DNA of 54,351 nucleotides, taken from the NCBI GenBank assembly GCA_048940645.1, contig JBHLOI010000021.1, positions 1 to 54,351 of the forward strand, in the 5' to 3' direction. Of this stretch, positions 30,501-39,732 are shown in pieces. Within the stretch, counting starts at the first letter, position 1; every line of letters starts with the position of its first letter. Source of the DNA: Promethearchaeota archaeon (GTDB lineage: Archaea; Asgardarchaeota; Lokiarchaeia; Sigyniarchaeales; SOKP01). Made by a program: the position numbers and the translations under genes. The notes under the pieces are model-generated. The model was not told where the DNA came from. It saw nothing but the letters and a program-made list of their open reading frames with translations, and searched no databases.

Positions 30501-31427
30501 TTATGATTTAATAAATTTTTCAAACCAATTTATTGGGAGTTTATTTTTAACTTCTTCTATAAATTCTTTAATTGTTAGTATTCCTAAATCTGAAATTACA
30601 CTATCGATATATTCTGGAGGAGTTATATCAAAATAATAATTATGTACTTTAAGTAATTCCTGTTTGATTTTTTTATTATATACTTCCTTTATAGATTTTT
30701 CTTCAATTTTAACTTCATATCCATAATGGCTTAATAAATTATATTTAAAAGAATCACAAATAGCATAGACTTGTGTATTTGTAGAATTTGCTAGCACAGT
30801 TAGAGGATAAGTACCGATCTTATTAATAATAGAACCATCTTCTAATAGACTATCAACACCAACAAAAACAAAATCAATACTATCTATAAATTTTCCCATT
30901 GCCGCATCAATTATAAGATGCGTTTCATATTTTTTTGATAATGATTCAGCAACGCGATAACCTTCGAAAAGTGGACGAGATTCTAAAATATATATAATAA
31001 GATTACTTTTTTCATATTTTTTCAATAGATCCATAATTGTAGAACTGTATGATATCAACATGAGTTTTAAAGGTTCCTTTTGGAAGCTATTAATAAATGA
31101 GATGAAATTCAAAGCTAAGTTAGAAGAAACTTTTTCTCTTTCTTTTTTTAATTTACTAATTTTTAAAAGAAGTGATTTTTTGCTTATATTATCTAAATCA
31201 TGAATTAAAAAACCAATTGTATTAATTAATGGTGCTATACTTGGCCTTGAAGATATGATTTCTTTTAATATTTCCAAAATGGGAAGAGTTATATCTTCAT
31301 TTTGATCTTCGATATTATTTAGTTGAAAGGTAATTATTTTTAGAGCTTTATCTATGAATTCATTAGCACCAGATTTATTATCCTTTTTTAACTTATCAAT
31401 TTCCTTAAAGATTTTCTTGTTAATCAA
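30501..31427 (-). CDS. eIF2B alpha/beta/delta family (IF-2B) protein
   Basis: DNKSGA, SRPS, ESRPLFEG, GVDSLLEDGSIINKIGT, YFDITPPEYI..VISDLG. Confidence 0.85.
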   Translation of the reverse strand: MINKKIFKEIDKLKKDNKSGANEFIDKALKIITFQLNNIEDQNEDITLPILEILKEIISSRPSIAPLINTIGFLIHDLDNISKKSLLLKISKLKKEREKVSSNLALNFISFINSFQKEPLKLMLISYSSTIMDLLKKYEKSNLIIYILESRPLFEGYRVAESLSKKYETHLIIDAAMGKFIDSIDFVFVGVDSLLEDGSIINKIGTYPLTVLANSTNTQVYAICDSFKYNLLSHYGYEVKIEEKSIKEVYNKKIKQELLKVHNYYFDITPPEYIDSVISDLGILTIKEFIEEVKNKLPINWFEKFIKS

Positions 31428-31552
31428 CTTGGAATCTTATTCTATTATTAAAAATATTTAATAGATTATGAAATTTAAATATCACCAAACCATATATTTA
31501 CATGGGGAGTTTATGTCCAATAAAATTAGAGTTGATAAAAAGGGATGAAAAA

Positions 31553-32065
31553 ATGCTAAAAAAACCATATATTTATTTCATTTTAAGTATAATTGGATTT
31601 TTTTTTCTCCTAACCATTCCATCCGGTATATGTACAGAAGTTTCAGATACTATAGTTCTCGAATATAATGAAGAGGAGGCTATTAAAATATACCCAAATA
31701 GAAATGTTGATTGGTCATTTACAGGAACAAATCCAAACGTGAATATTACATTACATAGTTATTCGGAGAGTTGTTATCTTGCTTCTAGTTGGCATAAAAT
31801 AGTCTCTGAAGGTCATGTTAGTGACTCTGGTTCTTGGTCAGTGGGAATGCATCCAGTTTGTGATCCATCAGAAGAAGAAAATATTCCACCATTCTATTTC
31901 GTATTTGTAAATGGGGATCCCGATCAGGAAAATACCACAGTTACTTATACACTCAATGTTGATCCTTTAATTCCTGGTTATAATGTAATCATCATTATTT
32001 CAAGTTTAGCTATGGTAGTAGCAATTGTAGCAATTATAACACTTAAAAAGAAAGATAAAAACTAA
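31553..32065 (+). CDS. Small secreted/surface protein with Loki-CTERM-like tail
   Basis: Signal-peptide-like N-terminus from ATG 31553 (track start 31502); C-terminal IPGY-TM-KKKDKN. Confidence 0.72.
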   Translation: MLKKPYIYFILSIIGFFFLLTIPSGICTEVSDTIVLEYNEEEAIKIYPNRNVDWSFTGTNPNVNITLHSYSESCYLASSWHKIVSEGHVSDSGSWSVGMHPVCDPSEEENIPPFYFVFVNGDPDQENTTVTYTLNVDPLIPGYNVIIIISSLAMVVAIVAIITLKKKDKN

Positions 32066-32157
32066 GCAAATTTTAACCTTTTAAATCTTTTTTTTTCTTC
32101 AATATCTATTTTTATTCTCATTTTAAGGAAGCTATGATATTAAAAATTAGCTAGAAA

Positions 32158-32658
32158 TTATATCTCTTTCATTTTATCAGCATTTTTCACATAATCTGGT
32201 ATAAAAGTTGTTTTTAGTAGATTAGAATTTCCAGTAGAGATTATTTTTCCATCCATATCATAAATTTCTGCAATTGCGTGAAGTATATTTCGTCCTTCCC
32301 GTATTATTTTTCCAATGACTTTTACTTTTTCACCAACTTTTACTTTCCCTAAGTAATCAACATGAAAGTCTATTGAAATAGGAAAGCCTTCATAACCTAA
32401 GGTGGCTGTTGTCATACCTATTGTATCATCCATCAGACCACATTGCATTCCACCATGTAATAAACCAGTTGGATTTGCCATCTCAGGCCTTACTTCAAAT
32501 TCTAACTCTAATTTCCCATATTCTGCATTAATAACCTTACCATTTAGCCATTTTGAAAAGGGAGGCACGGAAAAATCTTTTAATTCCTGGTTTTTAAAGG
32601 TATTAAATAATTTTATCATCCTTTCCGAACGTTCTTTAATTTTATCTTTCTCAGTCAT
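32158..32658 (-). CDS. PaaI family hotdog-fold thioesterase
   Basis: NPTGLLHGG...MDD motif; VDYLG; REGRN. Confidence 0.9.
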   Translation of the reverse strand: MTEKDKIKERSERMIKLFNTFKNQELKDFSVPPFSKWLNGKVINAEYGKLELEFEVRPEMANPTGLLHGGMQCGLMDDTIGMTTATLGYEGFPISIDFHVDYLGKVKVGEKVKVIGKIIREGRNILHAIAEIYDMDGKIISTGNSNLLKTTFIPDYVKNADKMKEI

Positions 32659-32773
32659 AATTAATTTCAGTTAATCAAATAAATTGATCTTTTAAGAATT
32701 TAGAACCTATATAATAATTATTTTTATAAAGTATTAATGTTAAATTTAATCAATTTGTTTTCTTATCATTTCT

Positions 32774-33100
32774 CTAAGATGTTTTACCCAAAACTTGGGA
32801 TAATTTTTTTCTGTATTCAGTAAAAGCTTGTCGTCCTTTGTCTGATAAATGAAGTAGGGTTTGAGGTTTTTTTCCTTTAAATCGTTTCTCAACATTTACA
32901 TAACCTGCTTCTTCAAGTTTGGTAACATGCGATGATAAATTTCCCCACGTTAATTTTGTTTGATTTTTTAAAAATACCATATCTGCACTTTCTACTACGT
33001 ATAAATAAGCTATAATGCTAAGACGAGCAGGTTCATGAATTAATTTATCGATATCTGTAATCGAAGTTATTTTATCTCTATTATTCTTTTCCTTGCTCGT
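32774..33100 (-). CDS. Winged-HTH transcriptional regulator (HTH_34/ArsR-like)
   Basis: DKLIHEPARL...SADMVFL...LTWGNLSSHVTKLEEAGYV...KKPQT...GRQAF. The IHEPARL helix lies upstream of track start 32980; best start is ACG at 33100 (M-S-K-E) after AGGTTGA. Confidence 0.85.
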   Translation of the reverse strand, partial: TSKEKNNRDKITSITDIDKLIHEPARLSIIAYLYVVESADMVFLKNQTKLTWGNLSSHVTKLEEAGYVNVEKRFKGKKPQTLLHLSDKGRQAFTEYRKKLSQVLGKTS

Positions 33101-33123
33101 CTTAAATCAACCTTTTAGATTTT

Positions 33124-33774
33124 TTAATCTTTTTTCGGTTTAGGATACTTACGTAAGAATTTTATGAAAAATATTAAACCAACCACCACTATAATTCCTC
33201 CAGGTACGCCAAATCCGATTATGCTATCTAAGGGGCTACCTAGAATAGAATAAATAATATCCGAGATAAAAAAGCTGAAACCCCCCATAAGAGCATAAAT
33301 ATAAAGTCGATTAAACTCTAGGAAATAGGCAATAATTGTAAAAGGAATGGTATATGAAATCAAACCAATAAGCAAGGGAGTAAATGATCCTGCTAAAATA
33401 ATAAATTCTAATAATCCAAAAAATGTTAAAATAAAGACAATACTACCAAATAAAACATTAATTAAGAGGAATATTTTTAATTTTTTTTGTCGAGCTTTTC
33501 TTTTTTGTCCGAATTCTACAATTCCAATTCGGGGAATGGTTATAAATTTCTTTCCTAAATAATATATTAAAAAAGTTATGGTGTTCCAGATAATTATAAT
33601 TATCATAATGTTCAATGGTTCAAATATATCAAAAATAATACGAGTCCAAGACAAACCGAAACCTAATAATAACATCCCAATAAAAATATCCCAAAAACCA
33701 TCTTCAAAAAAAGATCGATACACTTTTTTTTCTATTGATTTTAAGTCCAATACCTCTTTATCAATATCTACCAT
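33124..33774 (-). CDS. Hypothetical membrane protein (about 6 TM), paralogue of 33761..34417
   Basis: ATG 33774 with GGAGG SD (track start 33825); DGFWDIFIG, PRIG, FLRKYPKP. Confidence 0.8.
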   Translation of the reverse strand: MVDIDKEVLDLKSIEKKVYRSFFEDGFWDIFIGMLLLGFGLSWTRIIFDIFEPLNIMIIIIIWNTITFLIYYLGKKFITIPRIGIVEFGQKRKARQKKLKIFLLINVLFGSIVFILTFFGLLEFIILAGSFTPLLIGLISYTIPFTIIAYFLEFNRLYIYALMGGFSFFISDIIYSILGSPLDSIIGFGVPGGIIVVVGLIFFIKFLRKYPKPKKD

Positions 33775-34417
33775 TTGAAATATCCTCCTTTTTTGGTAAT
33801 GGATAGTTTTTAAGAAATCGAACAAAAATTATAATACCCATAGAAAGAATAATAATTCCAATGATTCCATACGAGAAAAGCCATCTAATTCTGTAATCTA
33901 TTGACCGGTTTAATGTTTCATTAATGATAATACCCATCCAAATAAGTACTCCAATTGCATAACACCTTGGATATTTTAATAAATAAGCTATAATCGTGAA
34001 AGGGGGTATGATAAAAACCAAGCCAATAATCAATATAAAAAGAATACCCTCTACTTTTACTCCAGATGTGATTCCAATGAAAGGTAAAAGAAAGATTATT
34101 AATGTGAATATAACTTGGATTAGTGTAATAATAATTATTTTTTTTCCAACAGATTTTATTTTCGGTCCAGGTTTTACATATCCCATTCTAGGTCTGATGA
34201 CGTATATAGTAACGATAAATATTACTACAAAAACTACACACAAAAGAATTAGTGGCCATAAAAAATATCTATAAGGTTCAGGTAAAGCCTCACGAAAAAT
34301 GGGACCAAATGCCATTCCTGTATAAATAAAACCGATTGACATGTCGAAAAGCCCATGTTGATGAGCAGTTTTTATAATCTTCTTTTGTATAGCTTCTAAA
34401 TCAATATCTTCAACCAT
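33761..34417 (-). CDS. Hypothetical membrane protein (about 6 TM), paralogue of 33124..33774
   Basis: HGLFDMSIG, PRMG, FLKNYPLP; stop overlaps the next start. Confidence 0.8.
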   Translation of the reverse strand: MVEDIDLEAIQKKIIKTAHQHGLFDMSIGFIYTGMAFGPIFREALPEPYRYFLWPLILLCVVFVVIFIVTIYVIRPRMGYVKPGPKIKSVGKKIIIITLIQVIFTLIIFLLPFIGITSGVKVEGILFILIIGLVFIIPPFTIIAYLLKYPRCYAIGVLIWMGIIINETLNRSIDYRIRWLFSYGIIGIIILSMGIIIFVRFLKNYPLPKKEDISNGRY

Positions 34418-34549
34418 GTAATAAACTAAATCCTCTTTTTATTACTTATAATGTATATCTTTTTTCCTCCTTTCATAAACTTTTTTTATTTTTTAATTAA
34501 TAATTGAAAAAAATTTTAATTTTAATTTTAACCCTTAATTATGTTAAAC

Positions 34550-34972
34550 TTATTCTATTTTATTTCCACAATTTGGACAAAAAATTGCATCTGAAGTTGT
34601 TTTGGCACCACAATAAGGGCAATACATTTCATATGATCTTTTAGAGTCTTTTTGGGGTTTTACTTGATAATCATAATCTTGGGATTGTAGTTCATGTTCA
34701 TGGCTATATCTTATTATTGTTTCTTGACGCGAATTTTTGCTTTTTATCAATACAATCATGAAAATAGCAAAAAATCCACAGATAGCTAGCGCAATAATTA
34801 TCGTAAGCAAAATTCGAATTGAGCCAAGTTTAGAATTATAATGCTCTGAGGAATAAAAAAAGGCTAGCATCATAATAAACATTCCAACTAATACTAATAA
34901 ACCTACTATTATGCTAATTCCTTTTCTCTTATTATTATCCTTACCTGCTGAGATAATTGGAATATATGCCAA
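34550..34972 (-). CDS. Membrane protein (2 TM) with C-terminal zinc ribbon
   Basis: CPYCG...FCPNCG; TTG start with GGAGG SD. Confidence 0.82.
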   Translation of the reverse strand: MAYIPIISAGKDNNKRKGISIIVGLLVLVGMFIMMLAFFYSSEHYNSKLGSIRILLTIIIALAICGFFAIFMIVLIKSKNSRQETIIRYSHEHELQSQDYDYQVKPQKDSKRSYEMYCPYCGAKTTSDAIFCPNCGNKIE

Positions 34973-35033
34973 CTATATTCTTCCTCCTATCTTTTTTTAA
35001 TAAAATTATGAAAAAAATTGAGTTTTAATATTT

Positions 35034-36665
35034 CTACTCTATTTTATTTAATTTTTTCATCCCAATATATAGTAATATTGTCCCTACTACGATATTGAGA
35101 GCAAAAACGGGAGTTAACATTACAATTCTCATCATTATTACTGTCTTTGGATTGAAAAATATTAACATGAAGATGGGCATCATAATCGCTGGCTGCATTA
35201 TAAGCATAGAAATCATAGAATTAGATTTCATATTTGAATCTTTTTCTCCAAAAGCGGGATTCAAACATTGTAGACCTATTGATTGAAGCATAGAAATTGG
35301 AATATTTGCTAGAAATAAAGAAAAGAATATAATTGCATCAAGAAGTCCAATTTTAGCGAATAGTGAGTGTAGAATAGTTATAAATAATGATATAAATAAA
35401 CCTATTACTAGCATATTCATTATATAAGAATAAACCAATCCCTTAATCCCTCTTGGAGATTTCTTATAAACCCATATAATGTCTTTTGAATTGATGAATA
35501 TAAGATGACCTAACATTATACTTGACATTAATCCTCCTAGTACAATTAATATTGAGGAGCTCAGTATTATTCCTTTGTAGTCTTCCATTGTTGAAGATGT
35601 AAACCATGCCATAAATCCAACTAATCCTAATACATAGGCTATTCTTGCGAGATTAGCTTTTTTCCTTAGGAATAATTTCATTTGAACTATCAATAATCCT
35701 CCGAATTTGCGTCCAGCAACTTTATATAACATTGAATAGAAATAGTTTCCTTTTTTAGCTATCGAAGTGCTTTTTACACTTACTCCTTCTAAAGAGTAAA
35801 AAACATGCGCTTTTTTATATGAAAAATATAAAACAGTTAGAGGAATACAAAGAGCTAAACCGATACTTAACCAAATATTTAAAATGTATGAATTAAGTAG
35901 CAAAGGGTCAATTGCATGTAATATAATATTAGAAAACCAAATTGATGGATAAAAACTTAGCCAATTCTTTAACTCTGGATTCATAAGTATCTCGTTGATG
36001 AAAAATATCACTGCATACATCATTATGACCATAACAATCGTAAGAATCATGATTAACGCTTTTCCCCAATCTCGAGCACTTTCACTTTTCGAGATTTTAT
36101 GCTCTAACCAGCTAGAAATTATAGAACCAATTAAATTAGCAAAATACACAAGACCAAATGCACAGACATATATAATGACGTATTGAATTATCGTTAAATC
36201 TATAATCGGATTAATCATTCCTACTACTATTGGCGCAAAAATCAACACTGCAAAAGTATAAAGGGGTAACTTACCTAAAAATTCTCCAAGAAAAATGTCG
36301 CGTGCTAAAACAGGAGAAGCTACCAAAGATTCTTTAATTCTTGATTCATCCTTGTTATAGACGTTATTTAAAGGAAGCATTAATATGATTAAAAAGAGTA
36401 TCATCATGAACGATTCAGTTAAAAGAGCGACGACAGGTTTAAATATATCTGCATATTGAGCTGCTATAGTCGGCATGAATGAATCGAATAAGATTGGGGC
36501 TATAATGAATGCCCACAGTATTAATATTAAATATGAACAAATAAAAAATCTTTTTCTATTGTTTCTAAAACTACTAGTTCTTAGCATAATTTCGTTTTTA
36601 GCGATTGTTAGCCATAATTTTCGCTTATTTGCTTGATAATCATATTCAGGTTCTAAGATAAGAAT
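35034..36665 (-). CDS. ABC-type exporter permease (multi-TM)
   Basis: About 12-14 TM segments directly downstream of the ABC ATPase. Frame is open upstream of track start 36587 (LWLTIAKNEI) to ATT 36665, 7 nt after GGTG and 1 nt after the ATPase stop. Confidence 0.78.
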   Translation of the reverse strand: MLILEPEYDYQANKRKLWLTIAKNEIMLRTSSFRNNRKRFFICSYLILILWAFIIAPILFDSFMPTIAAQYADIFKPVVALLTESFMMILFLIILMLPLNNVYNKDESRIKESLVASPVLARDIFLGEFLGKLPLYTFAVLIFAPIVVGMINPIIDLTIIQYVIIYVCAFGLVYFANLIGSIISSWLEHKISKSESARDWGKALIMILTIVMVIMMYAVIFFINEILMNPELKNWLSFYPSIWFSNIILHAIDPLLLNSYILNIWLSIGLALCIPLTVLYFSYKKAHVFYSLEGVSVKSTSIAKKGNYFYSMLYKVAGRKFGGLLIVQMKLFLRKKANLARIAYVLGLVGFMAWFTSSTMEDYKGIILSSSILIVLGGLMSSIMLGHLIFINSKDIIWVYKKSPRGIKGLVYSYIMNMLVIGLFISLFITILHSLFAKIGLLDAIIFFSLFLANIPISMLQSIGLQCLNPAFGEKDSNMKSNSMISMLIMQPAIMMPIFMLIFFNPKTVIMMRIVMLTPVFALNIVVGTILLYIGMKKLNKIE

Positions 36666-36666
36666 G

Positions 36667-37503
36667 TTAAACCACCACTTTCTTTCTTTTTTTTACTTTT
36701 CCTTTTCTTGGTGTTACAATTTTCTTATTTAATTCGCCATTTTCTCTCCAACTTAAAAGATCTTCCATTTTGTTAACGCCCATAACTTTAAGATACGCAT
36801 CTTCTAAGTTTTTTGCTCCTATATTATCTATAATTTCTCTTGGACTCCCTTCAATTTTCAAAATTCCATTATTAATTATGCCAATCTGATCACATAATTC
36901 TTCAGCAACATCTAATTGATGAGTACAAATAAAAATGGTCTTATCTGCCCTCATAACAAGTTCTTTTATTAAATCTTTAACCATCCTTGCAATCGCTGGA
37001 TCTAGATTTGAAGTCGGTTCGTCAAGATATATTATTTGCGGATCTTGTATGAGAGCGGCACATAAACATACTTTTTGCTTCATACCTCGGGAATAACCTT
37101 CTAATAGATCATCTGCTCTCTCAGTTAATCCAAATAATTCTAAGAGTTCTTCAATTCTAGAGATTATAACATTTTTAGCTAAGTAATATAATTCTCCAAT
37201 AAAAAATAAAAATTCTCTTGCACTAAGTTTTTGATATAATCCAGGACTCTCTGGTAAGAATCCACTTATCATCTTCACATACTTCTCATGAGTTGTAATA
37301 TCTTTATCTGTGATGTATATTTTACCGGAAGTACTTGAAATTATTCCGTTTAGCATTCTAACTGTAGTTGTTTTGCCCGCTCCATTAGGACCTAATAATC
37401 CATAAGTTTTACCGTATGGAATTTTTAAATTTAATTTATTTACTGCTAGAACACTACCAAAACTTTTAGTAAGTTCATGGGTTCTTATAGCATAACTTTC
37501 CAT
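36667..37503 (-). CDS. ABC transporter ATP-binding protein
   Basis: Walker A GPNGAGKTT, signature YSRGM, Walker B IYLDEP, H-loop; GGAGGT SD. Confidence 0.95.
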   Translation of the reverse strand: MESYAIRTHELTKSFGSVLAVNKLNLKIPYGKTYGLLGPNGAGKTTTVRMLNGIISSTSGKIYITDKDITTHEKYVKMISGFLPESPGLYQKLSAREFLFFIGELYYLAKNVIISRIEELLELFGLTERADDLLEGYSRGMKQKVCLCAALIQDPQIIYLDEPTSNLDPAIARMVKDLIKELVMRADKTIFICTHQLDVAEELCDQIGIINNGILKIEGSPREIIDNIGAKNLEDAYLKVMGVNKMEDLLSWRENGELNKKIVTPRKGKVKKRKKVVV

Positions 37504-37780
37504 TTTTTTCTACCTCCTTAATTTTATTAAAAACAATTTCTCTATCATTTTTTTACATTTTGACCTAAATTGAACTAATTACTAAATTATGAATTTGATA
37601 ATTGTTCTCCTATTTAGAAGGATTTTCTCGTAACCCTTCTAAGATATCATTATTAAACAAAGTATTTAAATGTTGCGGAGTACTCTGCCCAACAAAGTTA
37701 GATTATAATTAATGAATAGATAGAAAAAGCTATTTTCTGATTTAAAAACTATTAAACTTATCTTTAATTTTATAATATTG

Positions 37781-39253
37781 ATGGAACAACAAAAGAGTTC
37801 AGACTTAAATGTAAAGGATATTTCATTTATTAACGATATTAAATCAATGGCTGTTATTGGGATTTCAAAAAAGAGAAATTTTTTCTTTTTAAAAAATCAT
37901 CAAGAAAGTTTTAGAGGTGATTTATTTGCTATTCATCCAAATATAAAAGAAATTCCAAGCTTTCCAAAACAAAACATTTTTGCTTCAGTTAAAGACATCC
38001 CTGTTGAAGTTGATTTTGCTTTTATAGCAGTCCCAGCAAATAAAGTTTTAAGAGTTATTGATGATTGTGTTGAAAAAGGAGTAAGATTAGCCAGTGTTTT
38101 TACTGCAGAATTTTCAGACGCTGGTACAGAAGAAGGGATTGCTTTAGAAAAAGAATTAATAAGAAGAGCTCAAAATAGAGTAAGGATTCTTGGGCCTAAT
38201 GGAATGGGTATCTTTTACCCTAAAAAAGGAATTACTTGGCGAACAAATTTTCCTACTACCCCAGGAAATATTGGATTTATTGCTCAATCAGGGGGAATAT
38301 GTAACATTGCCATTTATACAGCTAAAGAATATGGTCTCACTTTTTCTAAGGTATTTTCCTTTGGTAATGGAGCAGATTTGGATTTTGTAGATTTATTTTA
38401 TTTTTTAAGCAATGATCCCGATACAGATATAATTTTATGTTATGTAGAGGGAATTAAGCAAGAGAGAGCGAATGATTTAAGAAAAATTTTTTCCGATAAT
38501 AAAAAACCAACTATAATACTAAAAGGCGGAAAATCTAAGAGAGGTGAAATTGCTGTTAGGACACATACTGCATCAATATCAGGAAATAATCGTATTTGGA
38601 ATTCACTATTTATGCAATATAATTTGATTGAAGTAAATAGTTTAGAACAACTAATCAATACCGCAAGAATAATAGATTTTTATGGAATTAATAAAATAGA
38701 GAATGTTGCGGTGTTTAGCATAAGTGGAGGTTATGGTGTTGTATTAGTAGATTTAATCGAGAATGCAGGTATGAAGGTTCCAGAATTCAGTCTCGAAGTT
38801 CAAGAAAAATTAAAGAAAGAATTCTTCGTTCACGGTACTAGTCCTAGAAATCCCTTAGATGTAGCTGCTCAATTAACATATAGTGAATCTATTAAAAAGA
38901 TAATCGATATTGCTCTATCAGATGAAAAAATTGATGCATTAATAATGGATTTTCCAAGCTGGTATTTTAGTTATGATTTTTTTATTTCGCCTGATAAGAA
39001 CTATGAATCAAATATTATTGAAGCTTTAAGTTTAGGGCATAAACATAAAAAACCATTATTTCCAATTATTCAACCTGCAAATACGCCAAATGATCAGGTT
39101 CGTATTTCAAGATTATTAGCAAATAAAAAAGTTCCTGTCTTCAGAGATCCTTTAGAAGTTATACCTCTTCTACCTAAAATTAATAATTATTATAGGCAGC
39201 AATTAGTTAATAAAAAAGTAAAATTAAAAAAAAAGAAAGTACATTCTTTTTAA
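37781..39253 (+). CDS. ADP-forming acyl-CoA synthetase alpha subunit (AcdA-like CoA-binding protein)
   Basis: AVIGIS, ILGPNGMG, IAQSGG, SFGNGADL, phospho-His motif RTHTASISG, SGGYGV, NPLDV. Confidence 0.88.
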   Translation: MEQQKSSDLNVKDISFINDIKSMAVIGISKKRNFFFLKNHQESFRGDLFAIHPNIKEIPSFPKQNIFASVKDIPVEVDFAFIAVPANKVLRVIDDCVEKGVRLASVFTAEFSDAGTEEGIALEKELIRRAQNRVRILGPNGMGIFYPKKGITWRTNFPTTPGNIGFIAQSGGICNIAIYTAKEYGLTFSKVFSFGNGADLDFVDLFYFLSNDPDTDIILCYVEGIKQERANDLRKIFSDNKKPTIILKGGKSKRGEIAVRTHTASISGNNRIWNSLFMQYNLIEVNSLEQLINTARIIDFYGINKIENVAVFSISGGYGVVLVDLIENAGMKVPEFSLEVQEKLKKEFFVHGTSPRNPLDVAAQLTYSESIKKIIDIALSDEKIDALIMDFPSWYFSYDFFISPDKNYESNIIEALSLGHKHKKPLFPIIQPANTPNDQVRISRLLANKKVPVFRDPLEVIPLLPKINNYYRQQLVNKKVKLKKKKVHSF

Positions 39254-39562
39254 TTATTTCTTTAATTTTCTGACTAACTTAGCTAGAATAGGAACAGAAT
39301 CTTCTACTTCTTTAACAGGAGAAATCTTATACTTCATAAACAATCCTGGAAGCGCGATTCTCCAAGCATTAGCATTTATTAATACGTCATCCACACTATC
39401 AGTATCAACTATAGCAACACCCCAATGTTCTGGAGTAATATACCAACCTTTAACATCCCATTTTTCTTGCTTTATTTCAGCTTCTTGGATTTTCTGGTAC
39501 GCGTTTAATATTCCTGTCGGATCCAAAGAGGGATTTAATTCATAATATACAAGAAATAACAT
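39254..39562 (-). CDS. Small hypothetical protein (DUF3303-like)
   Basis: MLFLVYYE...GWY...GVAIVDTDS...ISPV pattern; GGTGA SD. Confidence 0.6.
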   Translation of the reverse strand: MLFLVYYELNPSLDPTGILNAYQKIQEAEIKQEKWDVKGWYITPEHWGVAIVDTDSVDDVLINANAWRIALPGLFMKYKISPVKEVEDSVPILAKLVRKLKK

Positions 39563-39732
39563 TCTTTTTTTTTCACCTTATTTTTACATTGGATTGTATT
39601 ATTAGTGATTATACTTTTCAATTTAAGTATTTACATTTTTGTAAAATAAATTGCTTAAAAATCATGAATTAAAATAAGGGGATAAATGTTCTAAAACAAG
39701 ATTATTTTAAACAGATGTTTAAAAAGTAATTA

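Noticed and set aside
34426-34476. 16-aa micro-ORF MKGGKKIYIISNKKRI upstream of the membrane-protein pair
   Set aside because: No SD before its ATG, no paralogue or dedicated terminator; compatible with chance.
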